Positions 17,995-27,700 of a DNA stretch of 64,000 nt are shown here, in pieces; the stretch's first letter is position 1, and each line of letters begins with the position of its first letter. The DNA lies in NCBI GenBank assembly GCA_002842495.1, contig PHDB01000022.1, forward strand, positions 6,010 to 70,009. The letters run 5' to 3'. This DNA is from Bacteroidetes bacterium HGW-Bacteroidetes-6. GTDB lineage: Bacteria > Bacteroidota > Bacteroidia > Bacteroidales > DTU049. Position numbers and translations under genes: made by a program. The notes beneath the pieces were generated by a model that was given only the letters and a program-made list of their open reading frames with translations, was not told the origin of the DNA and ran no database searches.

Positions 17995-19071
17995 CTATTT
18001 TCTAACCGCCTGCATCACTGCGGCAGTATCTAATTGTTCGAAATTGATGAAGTCACCTAAAAAATTGCCATTATCCATCACCACAATACGCGGTGGGTAG
18101 CTGGCCTTGTCGAGCAATGGAAAGAACTCTTCCGGAGGAATAATCTGATATGGAAAGCGGCCTCCACCAGCTGTAAAAAATCCAGAAACCTGATCCTCTT
18201 CGCCAAATGCCAGAACATAAACACCCGGCAAATCGGGATGACTCTGCTTCAGAAATTGCAATTGTTTAGATGCTGCTTCGCAATGATCGCAGTCGAGACT
18301 AAAAAGACAGACAATCTTTTTCCCGGCATTCAAGTCAACTGTTCCCACATTGAATTTGGTGTACTTGGTGAAAACTGAATTGACTTTCTTTCGTCCGGGC
18401 TTTTCCACGACAGACTTAATGTTTGGTTGCTCATTATCCGTTGTTTCAACTACTGCAACAGAAGTTGAATCGTCAACAACAGCAACTACGGTATCTGAAG
18501 CTGTTGTGGTTGAATCCGTAAAAAACACTTGCTCTTGTGTTTGACTTGAACAGCAACATTTGGGCTGGAAAAACATGAATATTGAGAGATAAACAGCAAC
18601 AAAAATGGCGAATGGAAATTCAATCCGGTCTTTTCCCTTCCGTTTTGTTTTCAGGAAAATGAAGACCAGCATTCCCATGGTGATAATATTTTTGAAAATA
18701 GCTTCGAGTGGTTTCATGGGAATAAGTTCGCCGAAGCAACCACAGCTCCCATTATTACCTGTGTTGTAGATAGTGATAGACAAATGAATGCAGAACGCCA
18801 GCAACAAAAAGAAAGTAGCAGGAAGAATGATGTTTTTCAGCAAATGATTTTGAAGAATTGCCAAACCCAAAAAAACTTCGAAAGCCACAATAGCTCGTGC
18901 AAGTAGCGGAGCAAAACACCAATTGGTAATTCCAAGGTCAACAATTTGTTTTTCAAAAACAAAAAGAGCAGAATTTACTGGGAAAAGCTTGCTGTAAGCG
19001 GAGAGCAGAAACAGTCCGCTAACCAATATTCGCAAAGCCCAAATTGTATTATTTTTCATTTTGTCGCTCAT
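17995..19071 (-). CDS. DoxX/MauE-like membrane protein fused to a thioredoxin-like domain
   Basis: N-terminal TMs with SCGCFG motif, KCCC, D-S/T linker, C-terminal CDHC; ATG 19071 sits just after the upstream stop. Confidence 0.7.
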   Translation of the reverse strand: MSDKMKNNTIWALRILVSGLFLLSAYSKLFPVNSALFVFEKQIVDLGITNWCFAPLLARAIVAFEVFLGLAILQNHLLKNIILPATFFLLLAFCIHLSITIYNTGNNGSCGCFGELIPMKPLEAIFKNIITMGMLVFIFLKTKRKGKDRIEFPFAIFVAVYLSIFMFFQPKCCCSSQTQEQVFFTDSTTTASDTVVAVVDDSTSVAVVETTDNEQPNIKSVVEKPGRKKVNSVFTKYTKFNVGTVDLNAGKKIVCLFSLDCDHCEAASKQLQFLKQSHPDLPGVYVLAFGEEDQVSGFFTAGGGRFPYQIIPPEEFFPLLDKASYPPRIVVMDNGNFLGDFINFEQLDTAAVMQAVRK

Positions 19072-19072
19072 A

Positions 19073-20029
19073 CTAAAGATTTGAATCTGATTGACACTCT
19101 TTTTTACTATACTGAAAACGAAAACCCATCTGGAATGCACATTTATTCCCTATTTGCTCACCCAAAAAATATCGGTATACCGGAAAATCAAAATTCGCAA
19201 AAAGAATCCGGTTGGGTCGAAAAGCATACTGAATCCACGGTTGAATAAACACAGAATAGCTGCCACTGCTTTCTACAACCTCCTCGTACTCACGCGTGTC
19301 CTTTCCTCTGAAATCGAAAACGCCAAACAATGAAACATTTACTTTAGGGAAAACTTTGCGCATGACTCCGGCATTGATTCTATAAAAAGGGCCATAGCGA
19401 TACACAAGATAATTTTTGTTGATTTCGCTGCTCAATTCCACCGATGCCTGCGATGCAAAACCCCATTGCTGATTGGCCGAAAGACGTTGAAAATATGCTG
19501 CCGCTGTCCATCGAAATGCACCGGCTGAAGGCTGCAGCGAAACTGGAATAGTGACTCCGTTGACTGATTGATGAAAAGCTCCTACTGGAATTTTTGTTCC
19601 AGCAGAAAAAGCAAGTTGAGTGACTGGTTTCATTTTCTTCAAAACCACAAATTTCGCATTAACCAACAAATCGCCAATGCCATTTGCACCAAGCTTAAAT
19701 GGAGAATTATTAATCAAAAGCAGCTGGCTTTTGTCATAAAAATATCCTGACTCGGCCGATATTGAAAAGCGATTTGTGAAACTATACGACAACCACAGAT
19801 TCTGATACAGAAAGCTGCTTTTCTGAATATATGGATTATCGACTTTGTTATCGTGTAAATAAAATTGATCGGAAATACTGTATTTGGCCGATGTTGAAAC
19901 CTGTAACAGGCCTTTGCTCAACGACGATTCAAAACCAGTTCCAGCAACAGGATTTCCTGCTGAACAGCATTGTGCCCCCATATTGGTATATGCAAAAGCA
20001 CAAAAAACAAACAGCACAAGCAATTTCAT
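19073..20029 (-). CDS. Putative outer-membrane beta-barrel transporter with N-terminal Cys-Cys
   Basis: Signal peptide then QCCSAGNP; alternating aromatic beta strands; GIGDL and K.P.G motifs of MetA-pathway-like barrels. Confidence 0.6.
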   Translation of the reverse strand: MKLLVLFVFCAFAYTNMGAQCCSAGNPVAGTGFESSLSKGLLQVSTSAKYSISDQFYLHDNKVDNPYIQKSSFLYQNLWLSYSFTNRFSISAESGYFYDKSQLLLINNSPFKLGANGIGDLLVNAKFVVLKKMKPVTQLAFSAGTKIPVGAFHQSVNGVTIPVSLQPSAGAFRWTAAAYFQRLSANQQWGFASQASVELSSEINKNYLVYRYGPFYRINAGVMRKVFPKVNVSLFGVFDFRGKDTREYEEVVESSGSYSVFIQPWIQYAFRPNRILFANFDFPVYRYFLGEQIGNKCAFQMGFRFQYSKKECQSDSNL

Positions 20030-20379
20030 CTCACACGAATCATTACAGTATCGGAAACTGTTCCATACTCATTACTCAATTCACATTCAATCACATTCAA
20101 ACCAACACAAGTAGGACAAGCCCAATAGCCAACAGTGTCGGCGCCAGCCCCAACAAGTGTTCCATGATTGGTATTCCAGTTATAATTGAGACCTTGTCCT
20201 CTCGAATAAACCTTAATACTAATTTGCTCCCAAACAACAATATCTCGGCTTGTAGGAACCAAACTGTCAATTGCAAGATTGTCAGAAGGATCTACCACAA
20301 CAGGTTCATCTTTTTTGCACGAAGCAACAAAAAGCGTCATCCCAAAAAGGAAAGTCAAAAGAAATCGACCTCGAATCAT
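20026..20379 (-). CDS. Small lipoprotein with PKD-like fold and CxxC
   Basis: Lipobox FVASC followed by KKDE; WACPTC motif; 4-nt overlaps with both neighbours. Confidence 0.65.
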   Translation of the reverse strand: MIRGRFLLTFLFGMTLFVASCKKDEPVVVDPSDNLAIDSLVPTSRDIVVWEQISIKVYSRGQGLNYNWNTNHGTLVGAGADTVGYWACPTCVGLNVIECELSNEYGTVSDTVMIRVR

Positions 20380-21122
20380 ATTGATGTATTGAGTTGCTTT
20401 TCAAAAATCAAAGATAAGGAATCGGCAGGATTATAGCCAACATGACGATAAAATTCTTGAGCTTTTGCATCGAGCAGCACCTGAGTAGGAATAAGATTAA
20501 TCTTGAAATAATCGGTAAGTGAATCGTTGTGGTGATCACGAACATCCACAAAAACCACATTCACTCTTTTAGGATATTGCTGACGCATCGAATCCATCAC
20601 CAGCTCCATCTTTTTGCACTCGACACAATTGGTCGATCCAAATTCAAGAAAAGTGATCAAAAAGCCTTTTCCGTTTTGAGAGTAATTAAATTCGCGGCTC
20701 ACACTATCGGCAATCGAAAACGGCTGCTTACTTGCTGCTTCATCGGTACCTGAATTCAAATAGCGCGAGAGGAAAAACAACAATGCTGCGGCAGCCAAAA
20801 CCGCCGGCCAACGAAACAGACTTTTACGAACCGGCTTCTTTTTCTTTTCTTCAACAGCGACAACCCGCTCATTTTCAGGCAAAATTGAATTGAATTTCAC
20901 AAACAGTTCTTCTTCCGAAAGTAGTTTTCCTCGCGAAATAGCTTCACCATTCACTTCAAGAATGGGTAAAAACAACAAGCTGTGCTCCGAAAACTCGTTG
21001 CTGTTGTCCGAAATTTCAACAATGGCTTCGGGAAAATATTTGTTTGCTACTGCCACCGAACGGTCGAACAACAGAACGGTTTTGGCAATTTTTGGTCCTA
21101 AAATGCGAATATGGAGATTCAT
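20376..21122 (-). CDS. Fusion of a degenerate small-thioredoxin (ArsE-like) domain, TM and a thioredoxin domain
   Basis: N-terminus IRILGP..P.L.VNG...RG lacks CxxC; TM segment; EFGSTNCVECKKM, IPTQ, RHVG. Confidence 0.7.
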   Translation of the reverse strand: MNLHIRILGPKIAKTVLLFDRSVAVANKYFPEAIVEISDNSNEFSEHSLLFLPILEVNGEAISRGKLLSEEELFVKFNSILPENERVVAVEEKKKKPVRKSLFRWPAVLAAAALLFFLSRYLNSGTDEAASKQPFSIADSVSREFNYSQNGKGFLITFLEFGSTNCVECKKMELVMDSMRQQYPKRVNVVFVDVRDHHNDSLTDYFKINLIPTQVLLDAKAQEFYRHVGYNPADSLSLIFEKQLNTSI

Positions 21123-21139
21123 TCAAATGCTTTTAGTTT

Positions 21140-21186
21140 TCAATTCCTCAAATATCATACTTTTTGAGGAATTGATTCCTCAAAAA
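21140..21186. repeat. Overlapping inverted repeats (A-A'-A) in the arsP/trx spacer
   Basis: TCAATTCCTCAAA(21140-52) pairs with TTTGAGGAATTGA(21163-75); TTTTTGAGGAAT(21161-72) pairs with ATTCCTCAAAAA(21175-86). Confidence 0.75.
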
Positions 21187-21193
21187 CACATTA

Positions 21194-22225
21194 TCAAAAC
21201 AAAAAATTAAACAAGAAGCCAACCAGCATAATCCCTATACCAACAACACCAATAAAAGTAAGAATGAGTGGCATACGAAGTACTTTTCGAAGGATAACCA
21301 TTTCGGGGAGCGAAAGACCAATAACCGACATCATAAAAGCCAGCGAAGTTCCCAGCGAAGCACCTTTTTCGATCAGCACCGAAACAACAGGAACAATTCC
21401 GGCTGCATTCGAGTAGAGTGGAATTCCTATCAGAATCGACAATGGCACCGAATACCATGCGTCTTTGCCCATGAGCGTTGCCATAAAATCTTCGGGAACA
21501 AAACCATGGGCGCCAGCTCCTACAGCAATTCCAATCGCAACATAAAGCCACACTTTTCCAACAATATCTTTAACGGCAATGAATCCAAACCGAATACGAT
21601 CGCTGAATTTCAATTTTTCTTCGCCTGCACCTACGCCGACTTTGGTTTCGTAGACCCATTTTTCGACCCATTTTTCGAGTTTCAGCAATCCAATAACCCA
21701 TCCGGCAAAAATGGCAATAAACAATCCTGTACTGATGTAAATGAGAGCCACTTTCCAGCCAAACATTCCATAAAGCAGCACCACGGCAACTTCGTTTATC
21801 ATTGGAGCTGCAATCAGAAATGAGAAGGTGACACCAAGTGGCACACCGGCTTCGACAAATCCGAGAAAAAGCGGAATGGCCGAGCAGGAACAAAACGGCG
21901 TTACAATTCCCAGTAGTGCTGCCAAAATGTTTCCAAAAATGCTTTTTTTGCCTCCAAGTGCTTTGCGGGTTCGTTCGGGAGTAAAAAAGGTCCGCACAAT
22001 TCCGACAAAGAAAATAATCAATGTCAGTAGCAACAGCACTTTAGGAAATTCAAAAACAAAAAACCAGATAGCTTCGGTCCAATGCTCCCCGCGGGTCATT
22101 TGCAATACATCGGCAATTAAATAATTGGTTAGAGGTTCCAGATTGACATACAACAAATACCAAACCGGCAACATGGCAAGCGGAGCAAGAATTTTGACCA
22201 GAGGTTTGCTAAAAAACTTTTTCAT
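21194..22225 (-). CDS. arsP: ArsP/DUF318 permease (organoarsenical efflux-like)
   Basis: TPFCSCSAIP, AAPMINE, GIPLYSN, LSLPE motifs. Confidence 0.85.
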   Translation of the reverse strand: MKKFFSKPLVKILAPLAMLPVWYLLYVNLEPLTNYLIADVLQMTRGEHWTEAIWFFVFEFPKVLLLLTLIIFFVGIVRTFFTPERTRKALGGKKSIFGNILAALLGIVTPFCSCSAIPLFLGFVEAGVPLGVTFSFLIAAPMINEVAVVLLYGMFGWKVALIYISTGLFIAIFAGWVIGLLKLEKWVEKWVYETKVGVGAGEEKLKFSDRIRFGFIAVKDIVGKVWLYVAIGIAVGAGAHGFVPEDFMATLMGKDAWYSVPLSILIGIPLYSNAAGIVPVVSVLIEKGASLGTSLAFMMSVIGLSLPEMVILRKVLRMPLILTFIGVVGIGIMLVGFLFNFLF

Positions 22226-22234
22226 AATCGCTCC

Positions 22235-22942
22235 TTAAAACCAAAACAACCAGATGTAATACAATCCAACCAAAATAAAAATCACAGCTGCAATGCGGCG
22301 AAACCATTTTTCGAATACCATTAACCGATTGTAGAATTTCCCAACGCCCGACACACTGAATGCCAGTAGCCAAGCTATGATAATGACAGGCAAACCAGTA
22401 GCAACAGCAAAAACGGGAGGCAACAAAAGTCCTTCAGGACTCGAAATGGTTAGTGGTATCAGCATCAAAAAATAAAAAACACCACTGGTTGGGCAAAAAG
22501 CAAGCGCGAAAATAATTCCAAGCACAAGTGCCCACCAGCCACTTCCGCCGGCAGCTTTCCGCTCAACTTTGTCTGACAGTCCCCCGCCCTTTCGGTTGAG
22601 GCGAAAGTGAATTATTCCAGTCATGAAAATCCCGATAACAATCAACAATGGTCCCAAAAAACGTTCGCCATACTGACTAAAGAGCTTTGCAATTTTAAAT
22701 GTACTTGCACCGTAGAAAATAATTACGCCAAGCCCGGTATAACTAATCAAGCGTCCAAGCGTGTAAAGCAATCCATTGTAAAATATCTTTCGCCTCGACG
22801 AAAGTTCGCGACTGATATAGCCAATAGCGGTAATATTGGTTGCCAGCGGACAAGGACTTATGGCTGTCATGAGCCCAAGTGCAAAAGCACTGAGTATTGG
22901 CATCTGGCTGTTATCAGCCCACGATTGGAGAAATTCAAACAT
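22235..22942 (-). CDS. arsG: ArsG-family (CcdA/DsbD-like) membrane protein
   Basis: AISPCPLATNITA and ALAFCP(TS) redox Cys pair; follows the arsF genes. Confidence 0.75.
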   Translation of the reverse strand: MFEFLQSWADNSQMPILSAFALGLMTAISPCPLATNITAIGYISRELSSRRKIFYNGLLYTLGRLISYTGLGVIIFYGASTFKIAKLFSQYGERFLGPLLIVIGIFMTGIIHFRLNRKGGGLSDKVERKAAGGSGWWALVLGIIFALAFCPTSGVFYFLMLIPLTISSPEGLLLPPVFAVATGLPVIIIAWLLAFSVSGVGKFYNRLMVFEKWFRRIAAVIFILVGLYYIWLFWF

Positions 22943-23012
22943 CCTTTTAAGTTCAAAAGTTTATAAAGCGAAAAAAAGCTGCGAAGCTCTTTTGTAGGAG
23001 ATGAATGATGGT

Positions 23013-23423
23013 TTATTGAAGCGAAAGCAGCTCATCAATTTTCTCGCGTAGTTTTTCAATAAAAAGTTCTTTTTTCCCAATTTTTGAAAAGGCCATATCG
23101 GTAATGTCAACAATCACCTCTTTGCCATCGGCAAGAATAGCTGTAAGAACCAATGTGCTTCCATAGGCTGAATATTTTTTTACCAAATCGGCATTTGCAT
23201 CAATCTCGCAATCAAACGATTTGAATACAACGATTCCGCTATCGAGTTGAGCTCGGTAAAATGTGTCGAGCGCTTCAATAGTAGTCTGCTCAATTTTTGT
23301 GCAAGTTTGACAGCGGTTTGTCATGTGAAAATCGTACACAAGCACTTTTGTAGTGTTGTTTTGCGCAATCGAGGCAAGCGACATCAGCAGCAATCCAGCA
23401 ATGAAAAATGTCTTTATTTTCAT
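23013..23423 (-). CDS. arsF: ArsF-family thioredoxin-like protein, secreted
   Basis: Signal peptide; FHMTNRCQTC..IE motif. Confidence 0.7.
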   Translation of the reverse strand: MKIKTFFIAGLLLMSLASIAQNNTTKVLVYDFHMTNRCQTCTKIEQTTIEALDTFYRAQLDSGIVVFKSFDCEIDANADLVKKYSAYGSTLVLTAILADGKEVIVDITDMAFSKIGKKELFIEKLREKIDELLSLQ

Positions 23424-23427
23424 GAGT

Positions 23428-23967
23428 TTATTGTTTTAAATCTTTAACAATCTGGTCTTTAATCATCTTTTCGAACTCGGTCTTCTTATTTTGTGCCATT
23501 TTGAATGCCGGAGCCGTTAAATCAGTAATACTTTCTTTCCCTTTGTAGTTCCGTGTTATGAACAAGGCCGTTCCAAAGGCTTCGTATTTTTCGCAAATGG
23601 CTTTGTTGGCATCATCGTCGGCATCAATTTCAGTCAATTTCACAGAACCAGAACGAGTTTCGGCTCCAAAGCTTTCTTTCAACACAGCATTCACACAATC
23701 GCCAATGGCTATGCAGGTCGGACAACGATGTGTGGCATGAAAAAACTGAATGGTAACTCGAGGACCTTCGGCAATTGACACTCCATTGTTGCTCAATCCC
23801 AGAGGATCGTCGGAACTATCAGCTACTATGGTATCAGTAGTAATTGAATCGGACACTTCGGTTTTTGTTGAATCGGTTTCAGAATTCGTATCGGGTTGTT
23901 TTCCGCTTCCACACGAAGCAAACAAAAATAACACACTGACAATCAATAAATAAAAGCTCTTTTTCAT
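23428..23967 (-). CDS. arsF: ArsF-family thioredoxin-like lipoprotein
   Basis: Lipobox FASC; D-S/T linker; FHATHRCPTC motif. Confidence 0.7.
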   Translation of the reverse strand: MKKSFYLLIVSVLFLFASCGSGKQPDTNSETDSTKTEVSDSITTDTIVADSSDDPLGLSNNGVSIAEGPRVTIQFFHATHRCPTCIAIGDCVNAVLKESFGAETRSGSVKLTEIDADDDANKAICEKYEAFGTALFITRNYKGKESITDLTAPAFKMAQNKKTEFEKMIKDQIVKDLKQ

Positions 23968-24287
23968 TTTTCAAATTTTAACAAATCATCAAACAGACTT
24001 TTCGCTTTCTCCCAATTTTCGGTATTGACACAATAACGAATTGTCGGGAGTTCAATTTCGCCCTGAATTAATCCAGCAAGTTTTAGTTCTTTAAGGTGTT
24101 GCGAAAGGGTTGAACGGGCAATGGGAATATCGCCGATCATTTCTCCACTTGTGCAACAACCAACACCATCGCAGCGGTTTTCGGAAAGCAATCGTTCCAT
24201 AATGTATACCCGCGCCGGATGACTAAGTGCCTTGGCGATTCGGGCCAGCTGAATCTGGCTTTCGGAAAAAGATTGGGTTTTTACCAC
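23964..24287 (-). CDS. arsR: ArsR/SmtB-family repressor
   Basis: KALSHPAR...STLSQHLKELK.AGLI..YC; Cys cluster RCDGVGCC. Confidence 0.9.
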   Translation of the reverse strand: MVKTQSFSESQIQLARIAKALSHPARVYIMERLLSENRCDGVGCCTSGEMIGDIPIARSTLSQHLKELKLAGLIQGEIELPTIRYCVNTENWEKAKSLFDDLLKFEK

Positions 24288-24527
24288 TTAAACCGCTTTT
24301 TGGATTATTTCTTTGATCTCACTTACCGACGGAACTCTGCCCGAAAGAACCACTTTCTCATCAATAACCAAGCCAGGCGTACGCATAATGCCGTAGCCCA
24401 TGATCTTTACAATATCTTCTTCTTTTACAACTTGGGCGTCAATGCTTAATTCTTCAACTGCCTGACGGGTAAGCTTTTCAAGTGTTTTGCAATTAGAACA
24501 ACCGGTTCCCAAAACTTTAATTTCCAT
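24288..24527 (-). CDS. Small redox-active disulfide protein (MTH895/ArsE-like thioredoxin)
   Basis: MEIKVLGTGCSNC...YGIMRTPGLVIDEKV..GRVP; true start ATG 24527. Confidence 0.85.
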   Translation of the reverse strand: MEIKVLGTGCSNCKTLEKLTRQAVEELSIDAQVVKEEDIVKIMGYGIMRTPGLVIDEKVVLSGRVPSVSEIKEIIQKAV

Positions 24528-24542
24528 AACTGTGTATTTTAT

Positions 24543-24592
24543 TATTTCGCAAAAATACGAAATATTTCTGTATTTCGTAAAAACACGAAATT
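24543..24592. promoter_or_regulatory. Two tandem palindromic operators (probable ArsR sites) overlapping the -7 box
   Basis: TATTTCGCAAAAATACGAAATA (24543-64) and TATTTCGTAAAAACACGAAATT (24571-92); minus-strand TATTTTTG lies inside the first. Confidence 0.7.
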
Positions 24593-24722
24593 TATTTTTA
24601 TCATAGAATTGATTCCAAATTGAAAAAACATCAAGTTGGAATAGTATGAACAAAAAATACAGTCTGCATCTCAAAAGCTGAAATACAGACTGTGAATTTA
24701 AAAACAACCAATCATTAATTTT

Positions 24723-27700
24723 CTATTCTTTTATCACTTTAAACATATGTGTTGCTCCATCTGTTTGGAGTTGAATAAAATAAACACCTGTGGTTTGCGA
24801 CGTCAAATCGAGCAACTGATGCTGAAAAATTCCTTCGTATTGCATTACAATTCGTCCGGTAACATCGGTAACAATCAGCTTCCCAATTATATAGCCGGAA
24901 GAGACAAAAAACACAGGTCCGGTTGTTGGGTTTGGCCACAAAACAATTTTTTCAGCTAAATCGGTCTCAAGTCCAACTGTTTGCTGGACATCAACATCGA
25001 AACTGCATTCGGAGAAGTTTCCATCGGCATCGGTGGCAGTCCAAACAATAGTTGTTGTACCCAATGGCAGCGAAACACCAGCAAGGCTACTGGTTGAATT
25101 GAAATCGTTTATTACCGATTGCAGATTGCAATTGTCGGTTGCCGACGAAGGATCAAATTCTGTTCCCACCACTGTGTAGCTTGTCTGTCCCTGAGGAATA
25201 TCGATTTGCTGATTTCCAATACAAACCAGTTCCGGGTCGCTTACATCAACCACCGATACATTGAAATTCGTTTCGGAATAATTGCCGGCATCGTCGGTAA
25301 CAGTAATCGTGATATTGTTTGTTGAACCAGAAACAGATGTTCCTGGTATTGGACTTTGAACAATCGAAGGACTTGCATCGCAATTGTCGGTAACTACAAC
25401 CAGTGTAGTGTAATCGGGCAAAGAAGCTTCGCACAAAAAATTGGCATCAACAAACTGATCGGGATGTGATGATATAATTACAGGATTATCGTTATCGGTT
25501 ATCAAGGCATTGAAGCTTACTTGCGAAGAATTGCCTCCATCGTCGGTTACGGTTAAAGTAACAGTGTTGCTACTTCCGGAAATTGTTGTCCCTGCAAGTG
25601 GCGATTGCGAAACAGCAAGAAACGGATCGCAATTATCGGTTGCAACTACAGTAGAAGTATAATCAGGCAAAACAGCTTCGCAATTGCTTGTGCTGATCAG
25701 ATTCACATCGTTGTGTACTGAAGTGATTACGGGATTTGTATTATCGACAATGGTTAGCAAAAAAGTTACTTCCGAATAATTACCAGCATCGTCGGTAGCG
25801 CGTAAATGAATGGTATTGGTGTGGCTCGAAATTGTTGCTCCAGCTAAAGGAGTTTGCGTAAATGTCAGATTTGCATCGCAATTGTCGGTTGCTACAATGG
25901 TTCCTGTATAATCGGGAACAATGGCAAAACAATTCATATCGGCATTCACTGTTTGATTGGGATGCGTCGAAGTAATGACCGGATTTGAAACATCTTCGAC
26001 CTCAATATTGAACGAAACTTCGGAATAATTGCCCGCATCGTCGGTAGCACGAAGTGTAACTGTATTTGTAGCTCCAGAAACTATTGTTCCGGCAACTGGA
26101 TTTTGGGTCACAGCAAGTGAAGCATCGCAATTGTCGCTTACAACGACACTTGCAGTATAATCGGGCAATGTTGCATTGCAAAGCGAGCCAGCTGAAATAA
26201 TCTGATCGGGATGCGACGAAGTAATGGTTGGATTGGAGTTATCTGCAACCTCAACATTAAACGAAACTTCGGAATAATTACCGGCATCGTCGGTTGCGCG
26301 GAGAGTGACTGTATTTGTTGAGCCCGAAACTGAAGTTCCCGATACCGGCAATTGTGAAATTGAAACACTGGCATCGCAATAGTCCGTTGCAACAACCGAG
26401 CTGGTGTAATCGGGCAGCAATGCACTACACGAAGCATTAGCATTAATCGTAGCATCAGGGTGTGTAGAAGTAATTGAAGGAGCAGTTAAATCGGCAACTT
26501 CAACATTGAACGACACCTGCGCCATATTTCCATCGTCGTCCGAAACAGATAGAGTAACCGTATTTATTGCCCCGGAAACAGTTGTTCCGACAACTGGCGA
26601 TTGGACAATGCTTAGTGTTGCATCGCAATTATCAGTTGCTTCAACTGAGCTGGTATAATCGGCAAGTGTTGCCTGACAAGAAGCATTTCCCGAAACGATC
26701 TGATTGCTATGCACTGATGAAATCACCGGATTGCTGTTGTCGACGACAGCAACATTGAACGACACCTGACTAAAATTGCCGGCATCGTCGGTGGCAGCAA
26801 GCACAACAGTATTTGTTGTGCCAGAAACAGATGTTCCTGCAAGTGGTGACTGGCTTATTGTGAGACTTATATCGCAGTTGTCGGTTGCAGTAACTGTTCC
26901 CGTATAATCGGGCAATGAAGCAGAACACGCAGCACCTGCATTAATCACCTGATTTGAATGAGTGGATGTAATGACCGGATTTTCAGTTTCAATCTGAATC
27001 TCAGCTGCATTGCTGGTATCGTTTCCCATCATATTTGAAACAACACAACGAAACAGATTATTGTTGAGTCCTGTTGCATTCGAAATTGATAAAACTGCAG
27101 TTTGTGTTCCTGAAAACGGAGCGACTTCGGTAAGATTGCTCCACAGAGTACCACCATTGGAGCTCTTTTGCCACTGATAAGAGGAAACACCCATCCCCGA
27201 GACAGAAAATTGTGTTGAACCAATCAAACATGCATTCAAAACGTCAATTGGTTGAGTGCTTACAGATGGTAGAATTTGTCCAAAAACATATGCTGCACCC
27301 GACGAAGAGCCATTTGCACTATATCCTTCAGCTCCAATTGCAGCTGTATTTCCATTTAATGCGACTGATTTTCCAAAAAATGCACCGCTAAGAGAAAGAG
27401 AAGAAAAGAATTTTGTTTTCTGCGACCATGTTCCTGCATTGTTTTCGAACAAATAGGCAGCTCCTCCATTCGAGACTGTATTGTCGTTCAAATGCGAGCC
27501 AACAAGAACAAAATTTCCAGAGATGCTTACAGAATAACCAAAATAATCGCTTGCAGCTGCATCTCCTGCCAGCAACTTGGTTGTTTGACTCCACGACGAG
27601 CCATTATCGTAGAATATATAAGCGGAGCCCGAGCTTGAGCCATTGTCGTCGTTACCGTAGGCTCCAATAGCAGCATAGCTTCCCGATATTGAAACCGAAT

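Noticed and set aside
25200-27000. Long DNA repeats (e.g. GCATCGTCGGT, TAATCGGGCAA) as a repeat element or DGR target
   Set aside because: They are the coding repeats of the HYR-like domains
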